Assembly: GCA_027069135.1 (NCBI GenBank)
Contig: JALXFE010000182.1
Span: 67,175-131,174, forward strand
Reading direction: 5' to 3'
Length of the DNA: 64,000 nt
Source: Thermoanaerobaculia bacterium
GTDB lineage: Bacteria > Acidobacteriota > Thermoanaerobaculia > Multivoradales > JAHZIX01
In this document: piece by piece, positions 25,314 through 33,911 of the stretch
How the letters are laid out: each line of letters starts with the position of its first letter
Numbering within the stretch: position 1 is the first letter of the stretch
Program-made: the position numbers and the translations under genes
Notes under the pieces: model-generated
Database searches by the model: none
What the model saw: only the letters and a program-made list of their open reading frames with translations
Told to the model about the DNA's origin: nothing

Positions 25314-27542
25314 TCAACTTCCAGAGTCCTCCCGCCTGCGCAGCTGCGCATCGACCAGGCGGGCGTAGGCTCCCGGTCTCTCCATCAACTCCTGATGGGT
25401 TCCCCTCTCGACGATCCTCCCTCCCTCCATTACCAGAATCTGATCGGCGGCCATGATGGTGCTGAGCCGATGGGCGATGACGATGCGGGTACAGCGCAGC
25501 TCGGCCAAAGCACTTTGGATCCGTGATTCAGTGAGGGCATCGAGGTTGCTGGTGGCTTCGTCGAGGAGCAGAATGGCGGGGCGATGAAGGAGGGCGCGGG
25601 CGAGGGCGAGGCGCTGGCGCTGGCCGCCGGAAAGGGAAGCGCCGCCGTCCGGCAGCATGGTGTCGAAGCCCATGGGCATGGCCAGGATTTCTTCTTCGAT
25701 CTGGGCCGTTCGGGCGGCTTCCCGGACCCGGTCCAAGGACGCCTCGGGATCTGCCAGGGCGATGTTCTCCCGGATCGATCCACCGAAGAGAAAGGGGTGC
25801 TGGAGGACGACGCCGAGCCGCGAGCGCAACGCCTGCAAATCGAGGCCCGCCAGGTCTTGTCCGTCGTAGAGGATCCGTCCCGAGGTCGGTCGGTAGAGCC
25901 CGACGCAGAGATGGGCGAGGGTTGATTTTCCGGCCCCGGAGGAACCCACCAACGCGACGAAGCTTCCGGGCTCGATGTCGACGGATACTTCCTGCACCAC
26001 CTTCGGCGCCTCGGCGCTATAACGGAAGCTGACGGTCTCCAAGAGGATGCCGCCGCGAAGCTTGGCAACGGCCGCCCCCTTTTGTCCGTCTCGCTCCCTA
26101 GGGGTTTCCATGACGTCCTGGATGCGTTCCAGATAGCTCCCCAGGAGTTGTAGCTGAACGCCGGTCGAGACCAGGGTAGAAAGGGGGCCGAGGAAGCCCA
26201 CCGCCAGGGCGTTGAGAGCCAGCATCGTGCCCAGAGTGAGCTCACCCTCGAGGACCAGGAATCCCCCGAAGACCAGGACGATCAGGGGCGAGGCGGTGGC
26301 CAGGGCGGAGAGCAGGGAGTCAAAGAGGGCGTTCAGGCGGCCCCGGGCCAGGGAGACGTTGAGCTCGTCGGTGAAAAGGCCGGACCAATGCTCCACCGCT
26401 CTGCGCTCTGCCCCTACGGTCTTGAGGGTTTCAATCCCCGTCAACATCTGCACCTGAAAGGCCCGGGACCGGGCCTCGGTGCTGAGAGATTCCGCCATGA
26501 GAGCCCGTTGCCGGCGACGGGTAGCCAGGAACAATCCGACCCGCAGAGCTCCGAGGAAGAGCACCAGGAGCGCGATGGGCACGTGAGTCAGAAACATCAG
26601 GACGAGGTAGAGACCGACGAGCACACCGTCGAGGATCCCCGAGAGGGCGCCGGAGGTGAGAATCTCCCGGATGGTCGAGTTGCTGTTGAGGCGCATCATG
26701 AGATCGCCAGCGGAGCGCTGCTGAAAAAAGGCGTAGGGGAGCTCGACCAGATGATCGAGAAACTCCAACGTCATTCGCCAATCGAGCTGAGTGCGCAGCT
26801 GGAGGAGCAAGTAGGCGCGGACGAGAGAAGAGAGAAAGTCGAAGACGACGATGGCTCCAAGGCCGACGGCAGCCACCGTCAGCAGGCCGTAATCTCCCCG
26901 GGGCACAACCCGGTCCACCAGCAAGGCGGTCCAGAGAGGAAGGGCCAAAGCCAAGAGCTGGAGGAGTACCGACATCACCAGGAGGCGCGAGAGAAGCCCG
27001 GAGTGCTCGAGGATCCGACGCAGGTAGCGCCCGACACCTCGGGAGCGGGGGCCGGAAGTCTCGAAGTCCTCTCCCGGTCGCAGGGTCAATGCGATGCCGG
27101 TGAAGGATCGTTCCAGCTCCCCGCGGGAGACGGTCCGTTTCCCGGCCGTCGGATCGACGATCCGGGCGCCCTTGCCGGTCAGTTTTTCCAGAACCACGAA
27201 ATGATCCATCTGCCAGTGAAGGATCGATCCCGGCTCGAGGAACTCGAGATCTCCGACTTCCTCGATGCGGACCCCCCGGCCCTGCAACCCGAATCGACGG
27301 GCGGTCTCGAGGAGAGTCCGGGCGTCCGCGCCGTCGCGGCCGATGCCGCAGGCATTCCGGACTTCGTCCAGGCCCACCGGCTTTCCGAAGTAGGCCAGGA
27401 CCATGGCCAGGCAGGCGGGCCCACAGTCGGTGGCGGAGGTCTGCAGGATCGGCAGAAGGGTCCGACGGCGCCGAGCACCCAGGCCCATGAGGAGGGGGAA
27501 TCGCCTCGCCAGGGCGTCGAAGAAGCGGGAGCTACTCTTCAT
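25314..27542 (-). CDS. lanT: Bifunctional peptidase-C39/ABC transporter (LanT/SunT-type bacteriocin processing-export protein).
   Basis: N-terminal C39 domain 'QTSATDCGPACLAMVLAYFG' (catalytic Cys) with downstream 'HFVVLE'. Six-TM domain. Walker A 'GSSGAGKST'. Signature 'LSGGQRQRLALARAL'. Walker B 'ILLLDEATS'. Confidence 0.9.
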   Translation of the reverse strand: MKSSSRFFDALARRFPLLMGLGARRRRTLLPILQTSATDCGPACLAMVLAYFGKPVGLDEVRNACGIGRDGADARTLLETARRFGLQGRGVRIEEVGDLEFLEPGSILHWQMDHFVVLEKLTGKGARIVDPTAGKRTVSRGELERSFTGIALTLRPGEDFETSGPRSRGVGRYLRRILEHSGLLSRLLVMSVLLQLLALALPLWTALLVDRVVPRGDYGLLTVAAVGLGAIVVFDFLSSLVRAYLLLQLRTQLDWRMTLEFLDHLVELPYAFFQQRSAGDLMMRLNSNSTIREILTSGALSGILDGVLVGLYLVLMFLTHVPIALLVLFLGALRVGLFLATRRRQRALMAESLSTEARSRAFQVQMLTGIETLKTVGAERRAVEHWSGLFTDELNVSLARGRLNALFDSLLSALATASPLIVLVFGGFLVLEGELTLGTMLALNALAVGFLGPLSTLVSTGVQLQLLGSYLERIQDVMETPRERDGQKGAAVAKLRGGILLETVSFRYSAEAPKVVQEVSVDIEPGSFVALVGSSGAGKSTLAHLCVGLYRPTSGRILYDGQDLAGLDLQALRSRLGVVLQHPFLFGGSIRENIALADPEASLDRVREAARTAQIEEEILAMPMGFDTMLPDGGASLSGGQRQRLALARALLHRPAILLLDEATSNLDALTESRIQSALAELRCTRIVIAHRLSTIMAADQILVMEGGRIVERGTHQELMERPGAYARLVDAQLRRREDSGS

Positions 27543-28176
27543 CGCCGTCCAAGAATTCCGCGAGCGGGGGCAACAGGCGCGACAGGATGCGCTCGGAACG
27601 AATCAGGATCTCGACGGTTCCCTGGAGCCCATGGTGGTACGGGAGAGAATCGTTGCCGATCTCGAAGCTCTCCCCCGGAAGCCGGGCGAAGGCGATAGCC
27701 AAGGGACCTGAAAGGGTCATGGCGTCGGCAAGGTCGGTGTCCAGGAGGCGGTCCAGCTCAAGAGGTCCTAGAATCCGCTCCTCGACCCGGTCTACGGTCA
27801 GTCGCTGGTAGCTGGTGCCGTAGCCTCGCAGGCTCAGATGCAGGGGCATACCAGGGCCGAGGACGGGACGATAGTGGCCGGGAAACACAGCGATGAGGGT
27901 GGGGCTCGAAACCTTGCTCCGGTCCGGCATTAGCACCATAGCGGTGCCCTGGGCATATTCCCCGATTGTCCCCAAGACCCCGAAGAGTATCGCGCTGGCC
28001 ACCACCAGGAGCACAAGCCCTTCGACCCAGCGGATCCAGCGGGGAGAAATCTCCAACGGACCGGTCAAGCGGCGATGCCCGGCAGCATGGGCCGCGACCG
28101 CTTGGCGGCGGAAGAGGCCCTGGCGCGGCTTTTCCGGAGCAGAGCTTGTTGCCGGACGAGATCGCTGTTCCATCAT
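27532..28176 (-). CDS. Short HlyD/CvaA-like secretion accessory protein (membrane fusion protein partner of LanT).
   Basis: 'LFRRQAVAAHAAGHRRLTGPLEISPRWIRW' resembles the CvaA/LcnD N-terminal motif (FRqEAl...). Single TM 'GLVLLVVASAILFGVLG'. Only 214 aa, lacking a long coiled coil. 11-nt overlap with the lanT start. Confidence 0.6.
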   Translation of the reverse strand: MMEQRSRPATSSAPEKPRQGLFRRQAVAAHAAGHRRLTGPLEISPRWIRWVEGLVLLVVASAILFGVLGTIGEYAQGTAMVLMPDRSKVSSPTLIAVFPGHYRPVLGPGMPLHLSLRGYGTSYQRLTVDRVEERILGPLELDRLLDTDLADAMTLSGPLAIAFARLPGESFEIGNDSLPYHHGLQGTVEILIRSERILSRLLPPLAEFLDGDEE

Positions 28177-28484
28177 TGATGAGCTTATCCTAATCTCTCG
28201 AGTAAATAGAGAAGACTTGGCGGTGGGCGGAGCCTTGCGTACCCCATCTTGCTAGAGTACAGTCCTTATCACCCCTCCTTATCTTTGGAAGCCGGGTTTC
28301 GGCTTCGAGAGGCTACCCAGAAGATTGTTTGACCGAAAGCTGAGTGTGCGCTTGCGCACGTCTGTATGTCGCTATACACTCGGCCAACAGATTTCAGAGA
28401 GCTCGTAGAGCCGGAGAAGCGGCGGTGGATTTCTTACGAGCCGCAAGATCATGCCGCAGTCCTTAGCGGCGGGAAGGGGAGGAG

Positions 28485-30203
28485 ATGACGGAACCCACAA
28501 GACGGGTGAAACGTGATCGGCGCAGCCTGTTTTCTGCTGTGACGACCGGCTTGGCTCAGCGCTTGGATTCACGCTCCGCCAACGCGCAGCGTCGCCATTT
28601 CATGCGCACACCGCTCAATCCGGAATGGCCGAACGGGGAAGACCAGCGAGCGGTGCCGGGCCCGCCGTCGGCGGCGGTGATCGCCCTCAACCGGATGGGC
28701 TTCGGGCCGAGACCGGGGGACTTGGATGCCTTCAACGTTTTAGGCGCCGACGACACCCAGCGGATGCAAGCCTACGTCGCCCAGCAATTGGATCCCGACA
28801 GCCTTACGGATACCGATCTCGAGACCCGCCTTGCAGCGGCGAATTACACCACCCTCAACAAGACTCTCCTGGAGCTCTGGACTGATCATGTCGTCGCGGA
28901 TCCACCATACGAGGAACGGATCCGTCCCATGACGGAGACCGAGAGCATGACCTTTCTACGAGGGATCTTCAGCAAGAAGCAGCTCTTCGAAGTCATGGTT
29001 GAGTTCTGGCATAACCACTTCAGTATTTTCGGCCGGGAATTTGAGATCGCCCCTGTGTGGGTGCATTACGATCGGGACGTCATCCGCGCCAACGCGTTGG
29101 GCAACTTTCGTCAGATGCTGGGCGCCGACGCCGCCAGCACGGCCATGTTGCTCTACCTGGACAACTACGCCAACTCCGCCGACGGCCCCAACGAAAACTA
29201 TGCTCGGGAGCTCTTCGAGCTACATACCCTTGGCGCTGAGAATTATTACGGCCTGATCCCGCGCTCCCAGGTACCCACGGACGGCAACGGTGTCCCCGTG
29301 GGGTTCGTGGACGAAGATATCTTCGATGCGACCCGGGCGCTGACCGGTTGGACCGTGCGCAACCGGGATTGGGATCCGGATTTCGGCGACACCGGGGAGT
29401 TCTTTTACTACGCTCCCTGGCATGACGACGGTCCGAAAGCCTTCTTGAATGTCGTGATCGGTGGCGCTCAGCCTCCCATGAAGGACGGCCTGGACCTTTT
29501 GGATGCCCTGGCGGCCCATCCCGGGACCGGCCGATTCATCGCCCGCAAGTTGTGCCGCAGATTGATCGGGGACAGCCCGCCCCAGAGTCTCATCGACCAG
29601 GCGGCGGCGGTGTTCACCGCTCAGAAAGACGCACCGGATCAGATCAAACAGGTGCTGCAGACCATTCTGCTTTCGCCGGACTTTCTTTCTGCCTGGGGGG
29701 ATAAGGTCAAGCGGCCCTTCGAGATCGCCGTCAGCGCCTTGCGCATCGGTGACTCCCAGCTCAATTTCCACCTGGATGACGGAGATTCCGGAACCTTCCA
29801 ATGGCTCTTCCGGCAGACCGGCCATCACCTCTTCGACTGGCATCCTCCGAACGGCTATCCGGATTTCAAAGTGGCCTGGCAGAGCACGACCCCCCGGGTC
29901 ATGAGCTGGCGCTTGGTCAACTGGCTGGTGGACTCCGAGGACGACCTGGCCAATTACTACATGGACCTGGTGGGGGCGACGCCGGTGGGTGTGCGTTCCG
30001 CCAACGCCATAGTCGATTTTTGGGTAGACCGTGTCTTCGGTCGCACCATCGAACCGGTGAATCGTGCTGAGTTCGTCGATTTTATGGCCCAGGGTTTCCT
30101 CCCGAATTTGGATTTGCCCTTGGACACCGACGCCGACACCCAGAGCCGCCTGAGATCTCTCGTCGCTCTCATGTTCATGTCGCCGGAGTTTCTCTGGCGA
30201 TGA
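28485..30203 (+). CDS. DUF1800-family protein.
   Basis: ~570 aa, placed directly upstream of a DUF1501 gene (the canonical DUF1800/DUF1501 pair). Assignment rests on family resemblance and pairing. Confidence 0.7.
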   Translation: MTEPTRRVKRDRRSLFSAVTTGLAQRLDSRSANAQRRHFMRTPLNPEWPNGEDQRAVPGPPSAAVIALNRMGFGPRPGDLDAFNVLGADDTQRMQAYVAQQLDPDSLTDTDLETRLAAANYTTLNKTLLELWTDHVVADPPYEERIRPMTETESMTFLRGIFSKKQLFEVMVEFWHNHFSIFGREFEIAPVWVHYDRDVIRANALGNFRQMLGADAASTAMLLYLDNYANSADGPNENYARELFELHTLGAENYYGLIPRSQVPTDGNGVPVGFVDEDIFDATRALTGWTVRNRDWDPDFGDTGEFFYYAPWHDDGPKAFLNVVIGGAQPPMKDGLDLLDALAAHPGTGRFIARKLCRRLIGDSPPQSLIDQAAAVFTAQKDAPDQIKQVLQTILLSPDFLSAWGDKVKRPFEIAVSALRIGDSQLNFHLDDGDSGTFQWLFRQTGHHLFDWHPPNGYPDFKVAWQSTTPRVMSWRLVNWLVDSEDDLANYYMDLVGATPVGVRSANAIVDFWVDRVFGRTIEPVNRAEFVDFMAQGFLPNLDLPLDTDADTQSRLRSLVALMFMSPEFLWR

Positions 30204-30248
30204 ACCGCCCGACATCCAGATGAAAGAGTTGAGAGGAAGGGGAGAGAA

Positions 30249-31607
30249 ATGACCGAGATCACCCGACGCGGATTCGTCGCCGGCTGTTGCGCAGGGATTG
30301 CAGCCATGTCCGGCTCTCGTTTTAACACCATGGCCTTCGCGGATCCGGCCTTGAATCAGGAAACCCTGGTCGTCCTTTTTCTGCGGGGCGGGGTCGATGG
30401 CCTGAATCTCATCCCCCCCATCGGCGGGGCGGATCGGGGGCATTACGAGACGGCCCGGCCGCAGCTAGCGGTCCCTGATACGGGAGCCGGGGCCGCCCTA
30501 CCCTTGGGCGCGGAGCCCTTCGGCCTGCATCCCTCGGCGGCACCGTTGCACGAGCTCTATCAGGACGGTCGCTTGGCATTGGTGCATGGTGTCGGCCAGG
30601 GAGAACCGAACCGTAGTCATTTTGACGCCATGCAATTTATCGAGCTCGGAACCCCGGGGCAGAAGGGTACGCCGACGGGCTGGCTGGCCCGCTATCTGGC
30701 GACCGCTTCGAACCTCCCGGCGGAGATCATCATGCCGTCTTTGGCCGTCGGCAATCTGCAGACGACCTCGTTGCTGGGCGATTTCGAGACGGTGAACATG
30801 AGTAGTGCTGATCAATTCAACATGAATATCGGTCCGTGGCGGTGGCGCCCGTCCCAGCGTCAATCGCTCCGTCACCTCTACGAGGCGGATACCACTTGGC
30901 TCCATGCTTCCGGTCTCCAATCGCTCAACGCTCTGGACGTCGTGGAGCTCAACGTCAGCGGTGATTACACGCCGTCAAACGGTGCCGTATATCCCACCGG
31001 TCAGTTTGGCGATCATCTCCAGCTGATCGCCCGGATGATCAAGCTCGACCTGGGGTTGACCGTAGGTACTCTGGATCTGGGGGGTTGGGATACCCACAAC
31101 CAGCAGGGCCAGGGATCCGGTGGTTACTTCGCGGGCATCGTTCAAGAGCTGGCGGAGGGCCTGGCAGCCTTCTACGCCGACCTTGACGGCAATGGTGCCG
31201 AGAACTTCACCAGCCGCCTGACGGTGGTGGTGCAGAGTGAATTCGGCCGCCGGGTTGCCCAGAACGCGGACAACGGCACCGACCATGGCTTCGGCAATCC
31301 GATGATGGTCTTGGGCGGCAACGTCAACGGCGGTCTCCACGGAACCTTCCCGGGTCTGGCACCGGGCCAGCTCTACGAAGGGATCGACGTCGCCGTCACC
31401 ACGAATTACCGTCGGATCCTGAGTGAGATTCTCATACGACGCATGTGCAACCCCAACCTCGGCGCCATCTTCCCCGGGTACACCGGGTACGCGCCGCTGG
31501 GAGTGGTCCAGGGTACGGACTTGCCACCGGTCCTCGGCGACACGATCTTTGCCGACGGTTTTGAAAGCGGCGACACTTCCGGCTGGAGCGGGGCCATCGG
31601 CGGCTGA
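30249..31607 (+). CDS. DUF1501-family protein (sulfatase-like fold) with Tat signal.
   Basis: Twin-arginine signal 'TRRGFVAGCCAGIAAMSG'. 'GGWDTHNQQ' motif. C-terminal 'DGFESGDTSGW' tail. Confidence 0.8.
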   Translation: MTEITRRGFVAGCCAGIAAMSGSRFNTMAFADPALNQETLVVLFLRGGVDGLNLIPPIGGADRGHYETARPQLAVPDTGAGAALPLGAEPFGLHPSAAPLHELYQDGRLALVHGVGQGEPNRSHFDAMQFIELGTPGQKGTPTGWLARYLATASNLPAEIIMPSLAVGNLQTTSLLGDFETVNMSSADQFNMNIGPWRWRPSQRQSLRHLYEADTTWLHASGLQSLNALDVVELNVSGDYTPSNGAVYPTGQFGDHLQLIARMIKLDLGLTVGTLDLGGWDTHNQQGQGSGGYFAGIVQELAEGLAAFYADLDGNGAENFTSRLTVVVQSEFGRRVAQNADNGTDHGFGNPMMVLGGNVNGGLHGTFPGLAPGQLYEGIDVAVTTNYRRILSEILIRRMCNPNLGAIFPGYTGYAPLGVVQGTDLPPVLGDTIFADGFESGDTSGWSGAIGG

Positions 31608-31615
31608 GGGCGCCT

Positions 31616-33715
31616 TCAGCTCGGAAGAGTCGACGGTTCTGTCGGCCGCAGGATCCAGGCCAGCACCACCGCCGCCAGGGCCAGGGAGAGGAGGCCCCGG
31701 AGAGGGTGCCCGAGCAGGAGATCTCCAATTCCTGCTAAGGGGGCGAAGACGACGATCACTCCGCCTAAGAAGCGCAGCACCATGGGGCGTACCGGGTCCG
31801 CGGGAGAGTCCAGGTAAGGGCGGAAGCTGGGGCCTGGGGGACGCACTCGCCGAGCGAAGCTTCGGAGCGTGTGTTCCGAATTTCGAGGCCCCGCCAAGGA
31901 GACCGTGACCCAGGTGATCAGACTGGAGCCGGCGACCAGGAGAATCTTGGTCCACGGTTCGATGGCACCGAAAAAGAGCGGGTTGGCGGCGCCCAAGAGG
32001 GTGGGGGCGTCGAGGAGTTCGAGACCTAAAGCGACGGTGGTCGTCATCCCCAGAGCTGCGAATTCCGCCTGGGGCGTGACCCGGGCCCAATACCATCGGG
32101 CCGCGGCGACGCTGCCCAATCCTGCTCCCAAGGTGATGAGGAAACGCCACACGGAAGCGATATTGCCGATGAAAAGGGCGGTGATCCCTGCCAATAGGGC
32201 GATGAGGATGATGGCGATTCGGCTGACGGCGACGTAATGCTCGGCAGAGGCCTGGGGTCGCAAGAACCGGCGGTAGACATCTTGGACGAGGTAGGAAGCC
32301 CCCCAATTGGTGTGGGTGTCGATGGTGCTCATGAAGGCCGCGAGCAGGCTCACCACGACGAGTCCCAACAAACCCGGCGGTAGGGTACGGCCGAGAATCA
32401 GCGGATAGGCCATCTCCCGGTCGACGAGCTCGACTCGGAGGCCTGGGATCGAGAGATCTCCTTCGGCGCAGCGCAGACGAAGGTCGTAGGTGCCGGATTG
32501 ATCGAAGCCCTGGAATCGGAGGGTCGCCGCGGGGCCTGGATGTAGTGAGCCGGCGGCAGCAGGCTCCAGGGGAACCGTCTGGCCACCGGCATCGGCGTCG
32601 GTACAGCCGGGAGGTAGGCCGCGGATCTCTAGTTCGCCCCCGGTCGCCACGTCCAGGCTGGCGGGGGTCACAAAGAGGCTCCTCTCCGAGCTGCCGGGAG
32701 GTGCGAATGTCAGATTCTCCAGAGCTTCCCCGGGGAGGCGTGGGTAGATCACCAAGGCTGCCAGCCCCACCAGGAGCCAGGGCCAGGGCCTCAGGGAATT
32801 GTGCGCGACCGAAAACCAGAGGCTGGCCCCCTGGGCGTGGGCTTCGTTGCGACAGGCGGCGAACCGTTGCACCAGGTAGCCGGTGCCTTCCGCATATCGC
32901 CACCAGCCGGCCATGAGGAGCACGGCGAAGTACAGGGGGGGCAGGGTCGGATGATCCGGGGGCGGTAGGAGGTCCAGGACATCGGCCAAGGTCCGTCCCC
33001 CTTCCGCCTCGACGGCGCTCGCCAAGGAGCCCAGGAGTCCGCTGCCTTCCGTCCCGTCGGCAGGATTCGGGGCTTGGCCGATCCCTCCGAAGCTCTGGAC
33101 GACGAGGACCGCCAACAGAATGGCGCCGCCCATCCCCAAGGCGAATTGCACAAAGTCCGTGACCACGACGGATCGAAACCCACCCAGGAGGGTGTAGGCG
33201 ACGGAGACGATCACACAACCCGCCACCACCCAGGCGGGTTGCACATCGAAGAAGGCGCGGGCGATCTTGATCATGGCGGCGATCACCCAGGCCATGGTCA
33301 GGCAGTTGATGAAGATCCCGAAATAGATCGCCTTGACCCCTCGTAGCACCGCCGCTGGGCGTCCGCTGTAGCGAACCTCCGTGATCTCGGCGTCGGTGAT
33401 CACTCCGGAGCGGCGCCAGAGCCGGGCGAAGAAGAAAGTCGCCGTCAGGTGGGCGATGGCCCAGCTCCACCAGATCCAATTGCCGCTGATTCCGTCCGCC
33501 GCCACGATCCCCGTGACTGCCAGCGGGGTATCCGCGGCGAAGGTCGTGGCCACCATGGAAGTACCCGCCAACCACCAAGGCAGACGTCGGTCGCCGACGA
33601 AAAAGGACTCGAGCCCCTTCTTCGCCGACCGGGCGAAAAAGAACCCGACGGCCAAAGCGAAGACAACATAGCCAGCGATGACCGCGAAATCGACGGGATT
33701 GAGGGTGGGACGCAC
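31616..33715 (-). CDS. Sodium:solute symporter family (SSF) transporter carrying a ~110-aa extramembrane insertion.
   Basis: N-terminus 'NPVDFAVIAGYVVFALAVGFFFARSAKKGLESFFVGDRRLPWWLAGTSMVATTFAADTPLAVTG' is typical of SSF. Multiple TM segments. The insert 'ENLTFAPPGSSERSLFVTPASLDVATGGELEIRGLPPGCTDADAGGQTVPLEP...LRCAEGDLSIPGLRVELVD' lies between TM helices. Confidence 0.8.
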   Translation of the reverse strand: MRPTLNPVDFAVIAGYVVFALAVGFFFARSAKKGLESFFVGDRRLPWWLAGTSMVATTFAADTPLAVTGIVAADGISGNWIWWSWAIAHLTATFFFARLWRRSGVITDAEITEVRYSGRPAAVLRGVKAIYFGIFINCLTMAWVIAAMIKIARAFFDVQPAWVVAGCVIVSVAYTLLGGFRSVVVTDFVQFALGMGGAILLAVLVVQSFGGIGQAPNPADGTEGSGLLGSLASAVEAEGGRTLADVLDLLPPPDHPTLPPLYFAVLLMAGWWRYAEGTGYLVQRFAACRNEAHAQGASLWFSVAHNSLRPWPWLLVGLAALVIYPRLPGEALENLTFAPPGSSERSLFVTPASLDVATGGELEIRGLPPGCTDADAGGQTVPLEPAAAGSLHPGPAATLRFQGFDQSGTYDLRLRCAEGDLSIPGLRVELVDREMAYPLILGRTLPPGLLGLVVVSLLAAFMSTIDTHTNWGASYLVQDVYRRFLRPQASAEHYVAVSRIAIILIALLAGITALFIGNIASVWRFLITLGAGLGSVAAARWYWARVTPQAEFAALGMTTTVALGLELLDAPTLLGAANPLFFGAIEPWTKILLVAGSSLITWVTVSLAGPRNSEHTLRSFARRVRPPGPSFRPYLDSPADPVRPMVLRFLGGVIVVFAPLAGIGDLLLGHPLRGLLSLALAAVVLAWILRPTEPSTLPS

Positions 33716-33911
33716 CGGGGCATTGTATGCGGTGGAGTCTCCGGGGGGAAACCTTGGCGGGCTTTGCGCCGAGGCGGCAACCGTTTGGATTCTGCCCGAG
33801 CCATTTCGATGGCAGGTATTCCTTGATGTATTATCAGGCTGTGTAGAGAAATTCGAAGAGGTGACCGCAAGGGATGAGGGCCTCCGCCGTCTTCATCGGA
33901 GGTGCCGAACA

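Noticed and set aside
30975-33578. 867-aa minus-strand ORF rich in Arg/Pro/Gly
   Set aside because: Lies antisense to, and overlaps, the well-supported SSF transporter and DUF1501 genes. Its composition is typical of spurious open frames in high-GC DNA.
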